This document shows, piece by piece, positions 34,797-48,167 of a stretch of 64,000 nt of DNA. Below the pieces are notes generated by a model, which was given only the letters and a program-made list of their open reading frames with translations, searched no databases and was not told the origin of the DNA. Position numbers and translations under genes: made by a program. Origin of the DNA: Amphiscolops sp. MND2022 (lineage: Eukaryota); assembly GCA_964187785.1 (NCBI GenBank), contig OZ076411.1, positions 87,730,001 to 87,794,000 of the forward strand, written 5' to 3'. The first letter of the stretch is position 1. Every line of letters begins with the position of its first letter.

Positions 34797-36217
34797 TTTG
34801 TGTACGATATTTATTTACCGCATCTCAACGTGGTTGAAAAAAATACATTAGCGACGCTATGGGCAATGTTCAGTCTATTTGATTCATTGCCCGAGTCGAG
34901 ACCGCTGGATCGTTTCACATGTTGCATGTCTGCATACTGGGTAACGTTTTTTATAAAACCCAGAAATTTCGTCCTGCGCTGAATGTTGTGAAATAACCTT
35001 GCAAGTTCCACTGCTGCATCTTCTCAACTCCTGATGTAATCCCCGCTTTTCGGATAACACGCTAAAGATGACGGCAGTTTGTAATTTATATCCTGATTGA
35101 AGTTTTTTTCGCATCAAAATGCCGTAAAACTGAAGACACATCTTAGCTGCATTCAAAAAAGAATCTGACATCTGATAAACAAAAAACCTGCAAAACGTCA
35201 AAGTTTCTGCCACATTTTTGATGAATCTTTCAAGCAGTTTGACAGAAATCGAACAAAATAGGGAACTACTACTGCATGAAGGCCCACAAGACTTATCTAA
35301 TAGATCCACCATTAGGTGCTTTTTCCACAACTTAAAACAGCAACTATGGGTAATTGTTAAACTTTTAGGACTGCGCTTGATATGCGATCTTCATGTGTTT
35401 TCTGATAGAAAAATAGCTGGGATATCGCCCAAAACTGGGAAACGAAGCCTTCGCTTCAAGACAAATTCAACATATTCACCGAGAACATTTCTCGAATGTC
35501 TGAAATATCTGAGTATTTTGTACTGTGAAACTTTGCATATTTTTCAAAGGTGCAAACGTTCGAGTAATGAGTTACCTAATAAATAATTCAAAGGAGATTT
35601 CAGAAAATACAGCAGAAACTATTCTTGTTGATAACCCTGGTCGAGATTGCTTGAACTGTTTACATACTGCATGGAAACATGCAGGCTAATTTTTTTTTCA
35701 AAACATGGAAAAATCATGGAATTTACATGGAACTTATTTGTAGGATTAAAATGCAGTTTCCACTTTTCAATGTGAAATTCCACTTCACCATCGCGATCAC
35801 TTTGTTTTCACGCTCAAGTTTCTCAAGTAAGTACCTTATGTAATCAACCTTAGTCTGTTAGTCAAATAGCACGTTGAATATGACGCTTTTTTGAAACTTA
35901 TAATGTAACTGAAGTTTATTTGCACTCAAATTGCCTAAAATTGATGAGGCCTTAGCTAGCTGCTTTCAAAATTTGAACGGTTTCCTAATAAAAGCTTCAA
36001 AACTTCGGGGCTCATAATTGCCGCCAATTTTAGAATGCACTTTACAGGCAGCTTGATAAAATTAAACTGAATCAGTGAAACTTTAATGCATGAAAGTTTT
36101 CTTTAGATTTTCATAAAATCTTTAAAAATTAGTTAGATAACCTACAAAAATTTCTGAAAAGTTCAAGCAGTTTCACACAGGGAACTTTCTCTAATGTAGA
36201 AGTGCTCGTTGTTTCAG

Positions 36218-36323
36218 ACAAAAAAGCCAAGATGAGGAAGAACTGCAGATCCAGCCACAAGCAGATGTCTCTTCGACAGGTGTGACCACCGGGGATGGCA
36301 CGCCCATTGGGGCGGGGGGTACG
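36218..36323 (+). CDS. Candidate host exon (QKSQDEEELQIQPQADVSSTG...), phase 2 to 0
   Basis: TTTCAG acceptor, GTAACA donor, open and GC-richer than flanks. Confidence 0.45.
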
Positions 36324-37472
36324 GTAACAGGGTCTCTTTGGAAACAATTTCGGAAAAAAAACAATTTTCATAAAAAAATAGACAACAAAGACAAGGTCAA
36401 TCACCAAGATTATTTTATTTTGATTTTTGGTTTTTGTGAAACTCGATCGGGTTGAAAGACAAATCTGACATCTTTTGACTGTGAGTCATTTCTATTTTCT
36501 TTATCATCATCTTTCGACTTCTTTGCGACGTCCAGGCATTTCAAAACTCCGACGTTAGAGTGAAATTAACTTGAAATTTGTATAAAGATCGTGCCTTAAA
36601 GCACCCGAAGAGACTTTTGATAACTTATAATCTTAGGAATCTTAGGCCAAGCTATTCAGAGTAACAGCTGATCACATATTGACATTCAAACGGTGCGAAC
36701 GCGGGTAAAATTGGTACGATGGCGCAATCTGCCTAACTCACAACGCTTTTCTATAGTACTTATGATTGCTAATTACATGTGAAAAGATATTCGAAATGCG
36801 ATGAACGACTGAGTTTTTCAGTCGTTGTAAAAGGTAGCACGAAATGATGGAAGTGACTCACCTTATATTGAAGATCAAGAAAAGTTTACTAGCGATTAAA
36901 TTGTTTACTGTTGTTTGAGTTTGGGTGGTTATTTTTCATGGAAGCATCACTGGACGCCTTAGTGTCTCAGTCGTCTATGTATTTCTATTGTACTACTTGA
37001 ATAAAATCGTGGAAGTAGGTGAAACGACAAAAATTATTAGTCGTCATTTAAGCCCAGTTTCATGATTTCAAGTAAAAACAACATTGAAATGAACTATTGT
37101 GACGACTGATTGGTTCAGTCGTTGTTTGTTTTTTTTAGGAGTTAAATGTACTTTAATATTTGATGTAAAATTCAAATTTTTATCCGTTTCGAGTGACGAC
37201 TGCATTCCTTGGTCGTCTCATTCATGCAATTATGCATGACACTCTGCGAATCTAATTGTCACCCAATTTTTATTGTTGTAGCTTGAAAAGATTTCAACTA
37301 TACTTTTAACGCCACTCTGTGAAGAAAAGTGAAAAATCTAAGATTCTGATGGGCTTGTTAGCCTTAGTATAGTTCTCGACAAGTCTTAGAGACAAATTTT
37401 CGAGAATGAAATATCGACTACTTTTGTTTTTCCCCCACGAATCCACAGTGGGTGGGGGGGATACAATGATAG

Positions 37473-37637
37473 AATGATGGGAGACCCTGTATGAGAGGCA
37501 TGGACCCGCAGCAGCAACAGCCCACGCCCTCTCCCTCGGGGGGCCAGTTGACTCCCCAGCAGCAGAACCCCCACCTGGGGGAGACGATGGCAGCCCAGAA
37601 TGAGATGCTCACCCAAGCGTCAGAGGACCCTATACAG
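37473..37637 (+). CDS. Candidate host exon (Gln/Pro-rich, MDPQQQQPTPSPSGG)
   Basis: GC-rich open frame; needs weak acceptor and a GC donor; boundaries uncertain. Confidence 0.3.
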
Positions 37638-37924
37638 GCATGGATGTCTCTAATGTTCAGCTAACGTCTAAAATCACTGTATTTTGATGGAACAAGATCC
37701 AACCAGCCGGGAACTGCCAAATTCGGCGCTATATCTCAGGCTCAAAAAGTGCAAGTTTTCAAAATTGTAGAAGTGGGGCTTTTTGAGGATCCAGTTTGTT
37801 GAACGATTTCAAAAAAAATTGAAGGAGGGACCCTTTGGAGACATTAAAAAAGTTTCGCGAAAAATGTGAAAGGAAGGACCTTTAGGGATTTTTCAACTTA
37901 CATTCTCATTCAACATATTGAAAC

Positions 37925-39606
37925 TGTCGTGTGCGACTGATGGCAAATAAAAAAGAAAGAAACTTACCGTGAAAATCCAAGAAGAAATCAACTCAAAACC
38001 TGTAATGTATAATTTCATCTTTTGTAACTTGCACAATTTTATCTTTATTATTTTCCCCTCCAGCTCTAAATTCTGAACACGCTTGAACGTGTTCACTCAC
38101 TTTGTTCAGCGAGGCTACACACATTCCATATTTGGTTATGACGTCAAATGAAATCATTTTGTCGTGGACGCTACGCCTACGAATAACACATACAAGGCGC
38201 TTTCGTTTGTATGATCATATGCCTGGACGTCATATGACGTCATGCTCGTCAACCAATCACGAAAGTGATTGAATTTCATTGGATGACGAGATGAGCAATT
38301 TTAGTATAAATACGGACCAAATTTTCACCTCTCAGAGCTCTTTCTTTGGAATAATACTAAATCGACAAATCCGACAACTCCTACCTCTCAACTTTTCTTC
38401 ACGTGTTCAATCCCCATCATCAGTGCGGCGCAGTATTGGTTAGTTAAAATCTTTTCAATTTTCTTTTTTTTCGGAGATTTCACTTTCACTTTTATTTTTT
38501 GTAAGTCTGTTTCTTACCTTAAATTTTAATTTGCAATCCTTGAAATTTTACTTGTCGTGGCTCAATTTTTCTTGGACGATTTTCGACACTGCTTTCAAGT
38601 AAAGCAATTCTATCTCAGACTCTTGTCAAGCCTGCTTTCTAGTTAATGCAATTTTGTGTTAGACAATTTTCAAGCCTGCTTTCAAGTTGAAGCAACTTTA
38701 TCTGAGACAGTTTTCAGTCACTATTCTCGAGCCAAGACAAATTCAAGCGTGCTCTCAAGTTAGAGCAATCATTCTCTTATGTTGGAGTTTCAGTTGACTT
38801 TTGACTTCGAACAGAAGCTATTATACCGTCTTTGTTTGACAGAGATTGAATAGTCCTTGCTTTATAGTGGACTCTTAACCAAAGTCTGGTGATACTAACT
38901 GACTCTAAACTAAGAACCACAGCCTCAGCTGGGTAATAAGAGACTTGAATAACTTAGCTTTTGTTTGACACTTCAAGTGAAACAGTTCTCAATTTGAGAC
39001 AAACAGTAGCCGTATAGCACTCTATAAAACCAGCACAACATTCTGTTGTCCTCTAACCAAAGAGTAGTCATTCGCTATCTTTCGCAGTCCGTGACAATCG
39101 GTGGACTATAAACACCGTGCTAGCTATCTGCTGCACCTTGAAGGATGCTTAACCTCTGACTTGGTACAAACATAATAATAACTTAGTAAACTTAATAACT
39201 CTTTGCTTAATAACTTAACAGGTATCTTTTAAGTATTGATATTAAACTAGATTTAGTTATGTTCTTTTCATTTAGTTTGATTTGTGCGTTCTGTTTTTGT
39301 ATAACCGATGTTTGTAACAGTTTTAATATAAATAAGGAAAGGTTCAATTTACATATTCCTGGACCAAAGCATACCTTTTTCCGGGGTCGTAGAAATGAAG
39401 TCCTTTCTTAGTCCTCGAACACACGCTGTAGACAACCTTTGTTGAAGTGTAGGGAGGCACTGTCGCAAAAAAATTTAATTACGAGACTACTTTGAAAAGT
39501 CAAGCAAGAAATAAAGAAATTCGAACTAAGAGTTCGCTAATTGGATGAAAGATATAGATTCTTTAATTTCCCTATCGACCTGCTCAACACTCTAAGACAC
39601 TTCACA
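37925..39606 (+). mobile_element. Solo LTR related to element 2 (diverged subfamily)
   Basis: Begins TGTCGTGTGCGAC, ends CACTTCACA like element 2 LTR; 4-bp TSD AAAC (37921-37924, 39607-39610). Confidence 0.93.
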
Positions 39607-40726
39607 AAACAAATGAAGAGGGGACCCATTGGTGCAATCAAAAAATTTTCAAAATAAAGTCTCATAGTGCCAAAAAAATCGAAGAGACAAACACACAATA
39701 TAGCTAAAAAGGTATCCTTAGTATGTTTTCAAGGTTCTGGACGTCGATATGGTTTTTTTTGTTTTGGGCGAGGTTCTGAGGTTTCGAAGGTTTTGAACCT
39801 CCGTAGTTCATCAAGTTGTTGAACAATTGAGCAAAAAAAGTGGACCTTACGCGTCTAAAAAAACTACCCACTGTAATAATTAGGCCTTTTCTTCAAAACC
39901 GCCGACTAAAAACTCTGGAAAAAAGGAATAAGGCGTAAAATTTCCATATTTTGGTTAAATGAGGCCCAAACTCGTTTCTCTGATAGAATATCTAAATATC
40001 TTAAACTGTTATTTGATTAAATAGGATCCGCAGTCACTGTCTTTTGATGGAACAAGTCTCAAAATGGGACTGGGTTGATGCCAACCTGGGCTTCATATCG
40101 ATTTATTACCGGTGCAGCCATCGCTGGCCACCCTCCGGTGGTATCATCGTCGGAGCGCGATTGGCTGCCAACACGGGGAGTTTTGTGGAAAAATTCCTAC
40201 TAATTTTTCACTCTGTACGAATTCAGCAACCTACATTCTGAAATTAGTTGAAATTTCGAAAATTAAAAGAAACTGACGAAAACTTGAACCATTAAAAGCT
40301 GCATATTTTCAGAAGTAGAACTAGGTTCGTAAAAAATGACGCAGAGGGATTTTTCTGCTATCTCATCTATCAAGTTTATGGGTTGGAGGATAACCAACCT
40401 ATTTTAGCCTGTAGCTCAAACTATTTTGAGTGACAATTTGAAACGACAAAAACAGAAATCGTAACTTTTTGATAACTTTATTTTTGCGGAATCCAGACCT
40501 ATTAAAGCAATCCATGTAGAATTGTGGAAAATGTGGAACACAGAAAACAAATTCACAAGAAAACTTCAAAAAAGTTCAGTTAAGACGTTACTGAAAAACG
40601 TCGAAACGCGTTACTGAGGCGGAGGCGTAGGATCGATATTTTTGAGCCTTAGATATAGCGCCGGCTTATGCCGTTTCCGGCTTGTTCCTCATTATTTCGG
40701 GACTATGAGAATATCATTTCCGACAA

Positions 40727-41030
40727 CATGTTTCATGTTGTGACTGCATGTTTCATGTCGTGACTGCATGTTTCATGTCGTGACCGCATGTTTCATGTCG
40801 TGACTGCATGTTTCATGTTGTGACTGCATGTTTCATGTTGTGACTGCATGTTTCATGTTGTGACTGCATGTTTCATGTTGTGACTGCGTGTTTCATGTTG
40901 TGACTGCATGTTTCATGTTGTGACTGCATGTTTCATGTTGTGACAGCATGTTTCATGTTGTGACTGCATTTTTCATGTTGTAACTGCATGTTTCATGCTG
41001 TGACTGCATGTTTCATGTTGTGACTGCATG
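40727..41030. repeat. 20-bp minisatellite TGTTTCATGTTGTGACTGCA, about 15 copies
   Basis: Direct tandem periodicity. Confidence 0.95.
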
Positions 41031-41076
41031 ATTCATGCAAGCATCCATGTCTGTGCATGCATGCCTGCATGTGTAG

Positions 41077-41214
41077 ATGCAGATGGAGCAAGGACCAATC
41101 ACAGCGGCCACTCTGACCAACACACCTGTGCGGCTGAGACCCAACGCAGAGCCAGCTGTCGACCAGCCGGAAATCAGCCACAACGAGGAGACGCAGGAAG
41201 TGCCTGACCCAGAG
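41077..41214 (+). CDS. Host exon, phase 0 to 0
   Basis: TGTAG acceptor, GAG/GTCACT donor, 46 open codons. Confidence 0.55.
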
Positions 41215-42583
41215 GTCACTGACCTCTTTGACCTTTTAACCTTATACACTTTTTACCAAGCTTCCTGGGAAATCGTCCAAACAAAATGTTCACATTGAAA
41301 ATTCTCAAAAAGTGGATCTTGAAATAGTTTTGGAACAAGACGTCCGCTAAGCACCGGGATATTTTCCGCCCTGTTCGCCTTCACCAACTGAGCCATAGCT
41401 ATTTGGGTGGGGGGAATAGGATCTAAAGAATAAGACCTAAAATTTAGTGATTTTAGATCTTATTCCTTTTAGAACTTATTCCCGCCCTGAAAGTTTAGAT
41501 GTTATTCTGTTTAGAACTTATTCCCTTTTTTGACTTTAGATATTATTCCCACTGTATGCTATTTTAGTTACTAGTAGCTATATAAAAGAGTCAAGTAATC
41601 AAAAGGTGAAGATTTGGCAAAATTTGGAAACAAAGTGCGTCACAGATCATGATTTTCCTCCCCCATTTTTAAAATGTGGGGTCGGAAATAATAATGAATT
41701 ATCTCATTATTGGGTTTCTTGCCTTGGGTTTCATGACCGCCAAGATGACGTAGGAATTTGGCAAGATTTCGTTTTGGGTGACATAATGTTAGAAAGAGGG
41801 TCAGCATATGTAGCTTCACTTCTGCGCCAAATGTGAGAGTAACAGCTTATTTTTCACGTGTGCAGCGAAACCATGCTGTAGTGGTTAGAGCACTCGGCCT
41901 GTACTGAGGTGGTAGTAGTTTCGAATCTCTCTCAACTCACCATTGTTGGTCCTTGAGCAAGTCCTTCATCCCTAGCTTAGTGGTATTGTCAGTGACACAA
42001 AATAACGCATTTGGCGGAGAAAAGAAAAACAAAAAGAGCAAGGGTAAGCAGTCGGACCTTTGTGACCTTGAGCAAGTCACTTTGAAACCACAGCTTCAAG
42101 TCCACCATTGCTTGACCACTTGGCTGCAAACATGGTACCATAGCTTGCTATGGGGAGATAGTATCCGAAATGGCGCCGACCTAGAAAAGCAGAACTGCTT
42201 ATCCTGTTTCCGCCACGCGGAATTGGGGGAATGGAATTTCTTCTTGTTGTTCTTGATTCCGGCCGCTGGAATGATTCTATAACTCTTTTTCTGGTCAAAA
42301 GCAGCCTTTTTTTGCCATAAAAGCAACATGAAAACGACCATGATATTTTTTCTTGATTTCAATTTTGGTCAATATTCAGGAAGTATCCGGAAGGCCGCCG
42401 ACTAAGAAATGCAGAAGTGCTTATTCGGCCTCCACTTTGCGGAATAGACGAAAAAAATTTCTTTACTTTAAACTTCTCTCCGGATTGCCATCCGCTCTTG
42501 TGTATTTTAGATTCTGTATAATTTGACGCAACTCAATCTTTCAAGAGATTTTTTTAAAAAAAGTAGAATGTCAAAGAGTTCAG

Positions 42584-42744
42584 GAAGCAGCAACGAAAGC
42601 TAACCCGAAGATAGCAGGTACCAACCTGCAACCAGCCGATCAGGTGTCAAAGTCCACGGAACTCACTCATGCCAGTGCCGAACACCTTTCCAAAAACTCC
42701 TCCGAGGAATTGCAACGACTGGCCCCTACTGAAGAGCCATCTAG
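42584..42744 (+). CDS. Host exon, phase 0 to 2
   Basis: TTCAG acceptor (uncertain), AG/GTACAG donor; phase matches next exon. Confidence 0.55.
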
Positions 42745-42750
42745 GTACAG

Positions 42751-42932
42751 TTCTGACAGAATAACACAACGTTCTGACAGAATAACCCAAAATTCTGACA
42801 GAATACCACAAAAGTCTGACAGAATAACACAAAAGTCTGACAGAATAACACACAATTCTGACAGAATAACACAAAAGTCTGACAGAATAACACAAAAGTC
42901 TGACAGAATAACCCAAAATTCTGACAGAATAA
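42751..42932. repeat. 21-bp minisatellite (TCTGACAGAATAACACAAAAG), about 9 copies
   Basis: Direct tandem periodicity just after a splice donor. Confidence 0.95.
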
Positions 42933-43524
42933 CGCTAGAAAAACCCTGAATTGCTAATTAAGAAACTAATTAGCCAAAATTGTTCTTACGTGGATATTCA
43001 ACTCATGTTTAATAGCATTGAAGTTTCAAACAATTGGTCCCATTATGAGTAGTATGACTAACCTGTTATGAACTCAACACTTTTGGACATCCTTTTTCTC
43101 AGAAAAACCGCGTTTTTACCATAGATGAGAAAAAAGCCTTTTTTTGCAAATGTCTTACAAAAATTGTCAAGATCCCCCACAAGAAGGTAATTTTTTGACA
43201 AGATCTAGCGAAGGTTACAAGATTCTTGCCAGGGTTGCGTCGTTTTTTCTCAATCAAGGTGCTCAACTAATCAAAATGTTTATAATTAAGCTTTCACTGG
43301 AAACCTCACTGGCCTTGATTTTTTTTCAGTTAATTCGAAAAAAAACAGTTAATTCGAACATAATCACAGTCCAAGTGAGTGAAAAATGTTTTGTTAAAAC
43401 AAAAAACTATTCGAATAGAAGTCAACTTCCTATTTGGGAACAAGAATTTTCTCTTTTAATTTGAAATCAGTTTGGAAACAATTTTGTGAAGTTTTCCATT
43501 GAAAAAAAGGGTCAGAAAAGAGCC

Positions 43525-43746
43525 CTGGCCTTGACTTTCTGCCTTGACCTTTTGACATTGACTTTCTGACCTTGACCTTTTGACCTTGATTTTTTGACCT
43601 TGACTTTTTGACCTTGACTTTTTGACCTTGGCGTTTTGACCTTAACCTTTTGACCTTGACTTTTTGACCTTGACATTTCGATTTTGACTTTTTGACCTTG
43701 ACTTTTTGACCTTGACCTTTTGACCTTGACCTTTTGACCTTGACCT
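43525..43746. repeat. 7-bp satellite TTGACCT/TTGACTT
   Basis: About 30 units ending at the acceptor at 43750. Confidence 0.95.
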
Positions 43747-43750
43747 GCAG

Positions 43751-43911
43751 GGCGAGTTCATCAGCCGGAGGGACCCCAGTCGCAGCCCAGTCCATGGAGC
43801 TGGATCATCTGGAGACGACTGACAACATTGACAAACCAGAAGCCAGTTCAGCGTCCAAGTCTTTCGAGCCAGCCACAAACGAAGATCTGGCACTGGCCAA
43901 CCCTACTGAAC
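43751..43911 (+). CDS. Host exon, phase 2 to 1
   Basis: CTGCAG acceptor, C/GTGAGC donor, open. Confidence 0.65.
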
Positions 43912-45269
43912 GTGAGCGAGATTTGATTTCGAAAGTTAAATTACATTGTAATCAAGTTTAAAAATTATTTAAAATCTGGGAAATAACTAACAAATGTTAG
44001 ACAAATCATAATTTAAAATTGTTTAAGAAAACAGAAAATTACAATTACAGAACATCAATTTGAACATTTTTGAAGTCATGAAAAGAAACAACTAACCTAA
44101 CGTTTCTTAAGCTCGTTTATAAAAAAAGTGAATGTTCAATGATTTTTCAGTCCATGAGCATATAATATTAGATACTAAAAACTTGAGTTTCAAGAAGGCT
44201 TTTTCGTTCAAAAAGAACTTCCAATTTCGGAATCGGAAGTCATGACCTAAACCAGGTGATGAAATATTTAAAATTTTCCATTGAATTGGAAGCAAATAGG
44301 ATGAAGGACTAAGTTTCTCAACTACTTCTCTTGATTATCTATGACGCTTCCCATCAAGAAACAACAAACGTTTGTTTTTTTTTGGAAAGCTCATTCAGAT
44401 TCGAGGTTCCATAACTTTTGAACAAAAAGTATCAAGCTTTTTTCATGCCTTTTGATACCTTCAGAAAGTTTATCTATCGCTTTTGTTCTGTTACAAAATT
44501 TCATCAAAAAGCTTTGAACTTCTCTGGTTTTCTGTGGTGATTTCTTTTTCAAGGCCTTGTTTAATTAGAAGTGTGTGATCTCTGATTTTTCAAGATCGCT
44601 TCTCTCTGCATTCAATTACCAAATGTTCGCGAGGAAAACACGTGCTCTGGGCAAAATTTATTACTGGACCCGCTTTTCTCTTGGAAATGGAAGAATTTTT
44701 TTCAAATTAATGATTTTACATGCTTCAACTGAAATCGGAAGATTTTTGACACTCCTGTAAATCCAAAGGGTCTCAGAATTGAATCAATGTTTTTATTTTG
44801 CCGGAATTGGTTAATTAAATCGTGATTCAATTTTCCTGTCAGTTTCTTCCATAATTAAGATGTATCAGTCTGTGATTTAGTTTGCATAAAACAAATCCTT
44901 TAATAATTATTGATCAGGTTTTAGGACTGCATGACATATCGTGAACCATTTATAGCAATTTCGGCTCAACTGTCCGAGACGCAAGTTTTTTGGTTAATGG
45001 GCAAATATGTACTCCAAGAACGTTTTTATTTTTTGAAGGAGTAAGATTTCTAGTTTGTCGACCATTGTAGGCCGTTTCAATCATCTGTCTCCAAACCTTA
45101 AATGGTCTTCAAGTGGCCGAAGGCTGCCAAAAACAATGAAGCGAGTCAATGCTCACTCCTGCAAGTAGAGACTTTTGAACGCGAGAGAGGTTTTGAAACT
45201 GGTTATTTCAAAAACAATGTCGCGGGGCAATACAAATCAGGCGGAATTCGAGGTAACAAATGTTAATTC

Positions 45270-45342
45270 GCTTTATTTAGCACAGTTGGTAGATCACCGG
45301 CCTCAGAATCAAAAGATCGCAGGTTCCATTCCCGCAACCGGC
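45270..45342 (+). pseudogene. Decayed tRNA-like / SINE head
   Basis: A-box TAGCACAGTTGG and B-box GGTTCCATTCC; cloverleaf imperfect. A weaker similar remnant at about 41870-41940. Confidence 0.4.
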
Positions 45343-46293
45343 AAATATGTGGGAAAATCTTGAAGTGCTTAAAGCATTTCTATTTTCTACAAATATGTAC
45401 TTCAAACAGACTTGAATTATTGCATGAAAGGTCTTGCTAGACATTGTTCACTATTGTTTGTGAATATTTGAAATCAGTTATTGTTCATTTGCCTGGAAAA
45501 CGCATCAATGTGACCTTTCTTCATATTCTATATACTTCGAGCTGTAACCAAAACAGTGCGTAATGTACTTGTCTGCCAAGTTATAAATGAACTCTTTCGT
45601 CTTTAATCGTAGATGACCTGCGCGTGTTTGCAAATTTTCAAAAAAAATTGAATGAACATTTTTAAAAAGTATCTCCACAACTACGCGTACCAGAGAAACG
45701 AACTAGCGCGTTTGAAATGTCTGGCATGGGGCTTTCATTTTGCTCAGGTGAGCCCCTGTCGCCGCGCGCCCTCTTCTCCAGAATTTTATTTTCTTTTTCC
45801 GGTACTGTCGCTTCGCGGCAGTTCCGCACTTCGTGCGACCCGCTGCAGTATTCTGCTTCGGGCTTGTACTAACAACAGGATATTATAGGGATTTGTTGCA
45901 CAAGGTTGCTTTTTTCTATTGGTCAAAGATTTTTGAGAAAACTGGATTTTGCCAAAAACTGAATGTTGGAAAAGTATAACCATTTTTTGTGCAAAAAAAC
46001 ATTTTTCCCAATTTTGGAAACATTTTCACTTTTTCTAATGCTTGTGCCATTCAAATCAATCTAGGTACCAATGAATGGTTGAAACCAAACTGTGCTAGAG
46101 AATATGGGCTGTTGGCAAAAGGAAACAAAAATTGAAACACGGTAGGCTGCTTTAAAGTATCACTAGGTTAATTAGGGTCAAATATGGCCAAATCTGGCTT
46201 CTTTATAAACCATGACTGTCATTAGTAGTTTTTATTAGGCAGTCTATGACACATGCGCCGAATACCGTTCGTTCAGTATGTGTGTAATTTCAG

Positions 46294-46409
46294 CGGAGAC
46301 CAAGATAGTTCTACCCCCTGAGGACGTGGAAGGCAATAAAGAACTGTTCGCCGCCACCCCTAGCTCTAAACTAGAGACCTCCAACCAATCAATGCAATCC
46401 AACACTCAG
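46294..46409 (+). CDS. Host exon, phase 1 to 0
   Basis: TTTCAG acceptor, CAG/GTGCAG donor, open. Confidence 0.6.
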
Positions 46410-47857
46410 GTGCAGGACTGAATGAAAAACATGCAAAATAATGAAAAAACACGCAAAAGCATGCAAAAACATGGAGGAGCATGCAAACCCTAGTTGAAAA
46501 AATTCACATCTTTTGCAAAATTCTTACAAAAACTCTTGTAAGAAATTGCATTATTTGACACTAACTCTTACAAGATTCTTGCAAAATTTGCGAATTTAAG
46601 CTAAAAATGGTACAAAAAATCCATAAATTTTTACAAAACTCTTACAAAATTTGCATCGTTCGATTCTAATTCAATTTCATCATAATGCTTCAGTAGCATT
46701 GTGAAAACGTCTACATTTTCAGGAAGGACGTGACAACCAGTATTGAGCAAATTTAGAAGCGTAGTGCGATGCATTTGGCTCGCAACAGTAATAGTTTCTG
46801 AACTTGCACCGCTTGGAGCTCTGGCATTATAGTTTTAAGACTGACATTTCTGATGTGGTTTTTTAAATTTTCTTGCTCGTTTCCAACATTCAGTGGGTCG
46901 CTTTAGATGATTTTTGATCGAGAGTTACCCATTGAGTAGTAGTTCAAGCTGCTATACAAAGAAGGGTGTGCTGGTTTTGCATTGGTGTAAATTAATGCAA
47001 TTTTGTTTTTTTGGTGGGGTACCGAACTACGTTATAGTAACTTTCGGGGTAAAATTGCATGCAAAACTTTTTGGGTCAAAATTAAAATTTTGACCCTTTT
47101 ACTGAGACCCTGGGGCAGTCTGTGCATTGTAAACGGTAAATGTGGCTGTTGTTGCTTGTAAATATTGAATTTTGTAAAAAATTTCTTACGAATAGATGCA
47201 AATTTTGTTAAAATGTTATCAGATTCTTTTGCAAAATTTACGATTTTTGTACAAGAGTCTTGTAAAAAATGCATCATTGGTAAGAAGTTAGGCAGAATTT
47301 TGCAAAATTTGTGATTTCCGAAAAGAAGGGAAAGCATGCAAAAAACATGCAAAAGCATGCAAAAAAAACATGCAAAGCGAGTTGTTCAGAATTTTTGGAG
47401 TTAGAATTTCTTCAGTTGTCATTGAATCAAAAAAAAACTTGGTCACGAAGTATCAAAAATTCATGTAAAATTTTCAGAGCTCATTATGTGATGGGCTTTG
47501 TTTTTATTTTTTTTTCAGTTCCATGTTTTTTCACTAGTTTCGATATTCGATACGCAATGAGGCAACGTGAATAATGCTCACAACTAAAATTGATGTATAA
47601 TTTATGCATACTTGTGAGTGTGCGAATTGATGCGGACTCTTGAAAGATTTTGTCAAAAAATGTCTTTGAATCAATCAAAAGAGCATAAATGAATCTTGAA
47701 AAAAAACTGGTACTTGCAAGTTTTCGTCGTAGGCATCATTTCAGTGGACCTAGTCAAACACCGTACCACTTTTTACATGCAATTTTTACTTGTTAAAGTC
47801 CATAGTTGAAAAGCTTGAAGTTTCATGGGAAGTGGTTTATTCGGCCCTACCTGTCAG

Positions 47858-47963
47858 GTCTCCCATGACAGGGTGAACTCAGGGTATACTGAGCAGCCCA
47901 ACCGAACAGCCACCCCAGCTACCCCCTCGGCACACAATCAGTCAGCAGGACCGAACAATCAAG
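47858..47963 (+). CDS. Host exon, phase 0 to 1 (copy 1)
   Basis: GTCAG acceptor, G/GTATTT donor; VSHDRVNSGYTEQPN. Confidence 0.65.
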
Positions 47964-48167
47964 GTATTTTTACATTTTTGAAATACTTTTAGGAATCGGA
48001 AAATTTTTAAACGATGCTGGTTTTTATATCCACAATAATTGCTACCAAAATAAAATGCGTTCTTCTATAACCTTGTCAGTGCTAACAGACCTCGAAGAAC
48101 CAAAAAAATATTTCGGAATCTTTGGTTGTTGATCAAAAAAGTTTTTTTTTTGTTGGTGACCATTGAC

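Noticed and set aside
42644-43893. Repetitive ORFs (SDRITQK, KVKVKKS, CYSVR)
   Set aside because: Translations of 21-bp and 7-bp satellites; only the 5' part of 42644 overlaps a probable exon.
45114-45251. Extra host exon ending at GAG/GTAACA
   Set aside because: Open frame and donor present, but no acceptor giving the phase needed by neighbouring exons.
45270-45342. Functional tRNA gene
   Set aside because: Acceptor and anticodon stems do not pair properly; kept as pseudogene/SINE remnant.
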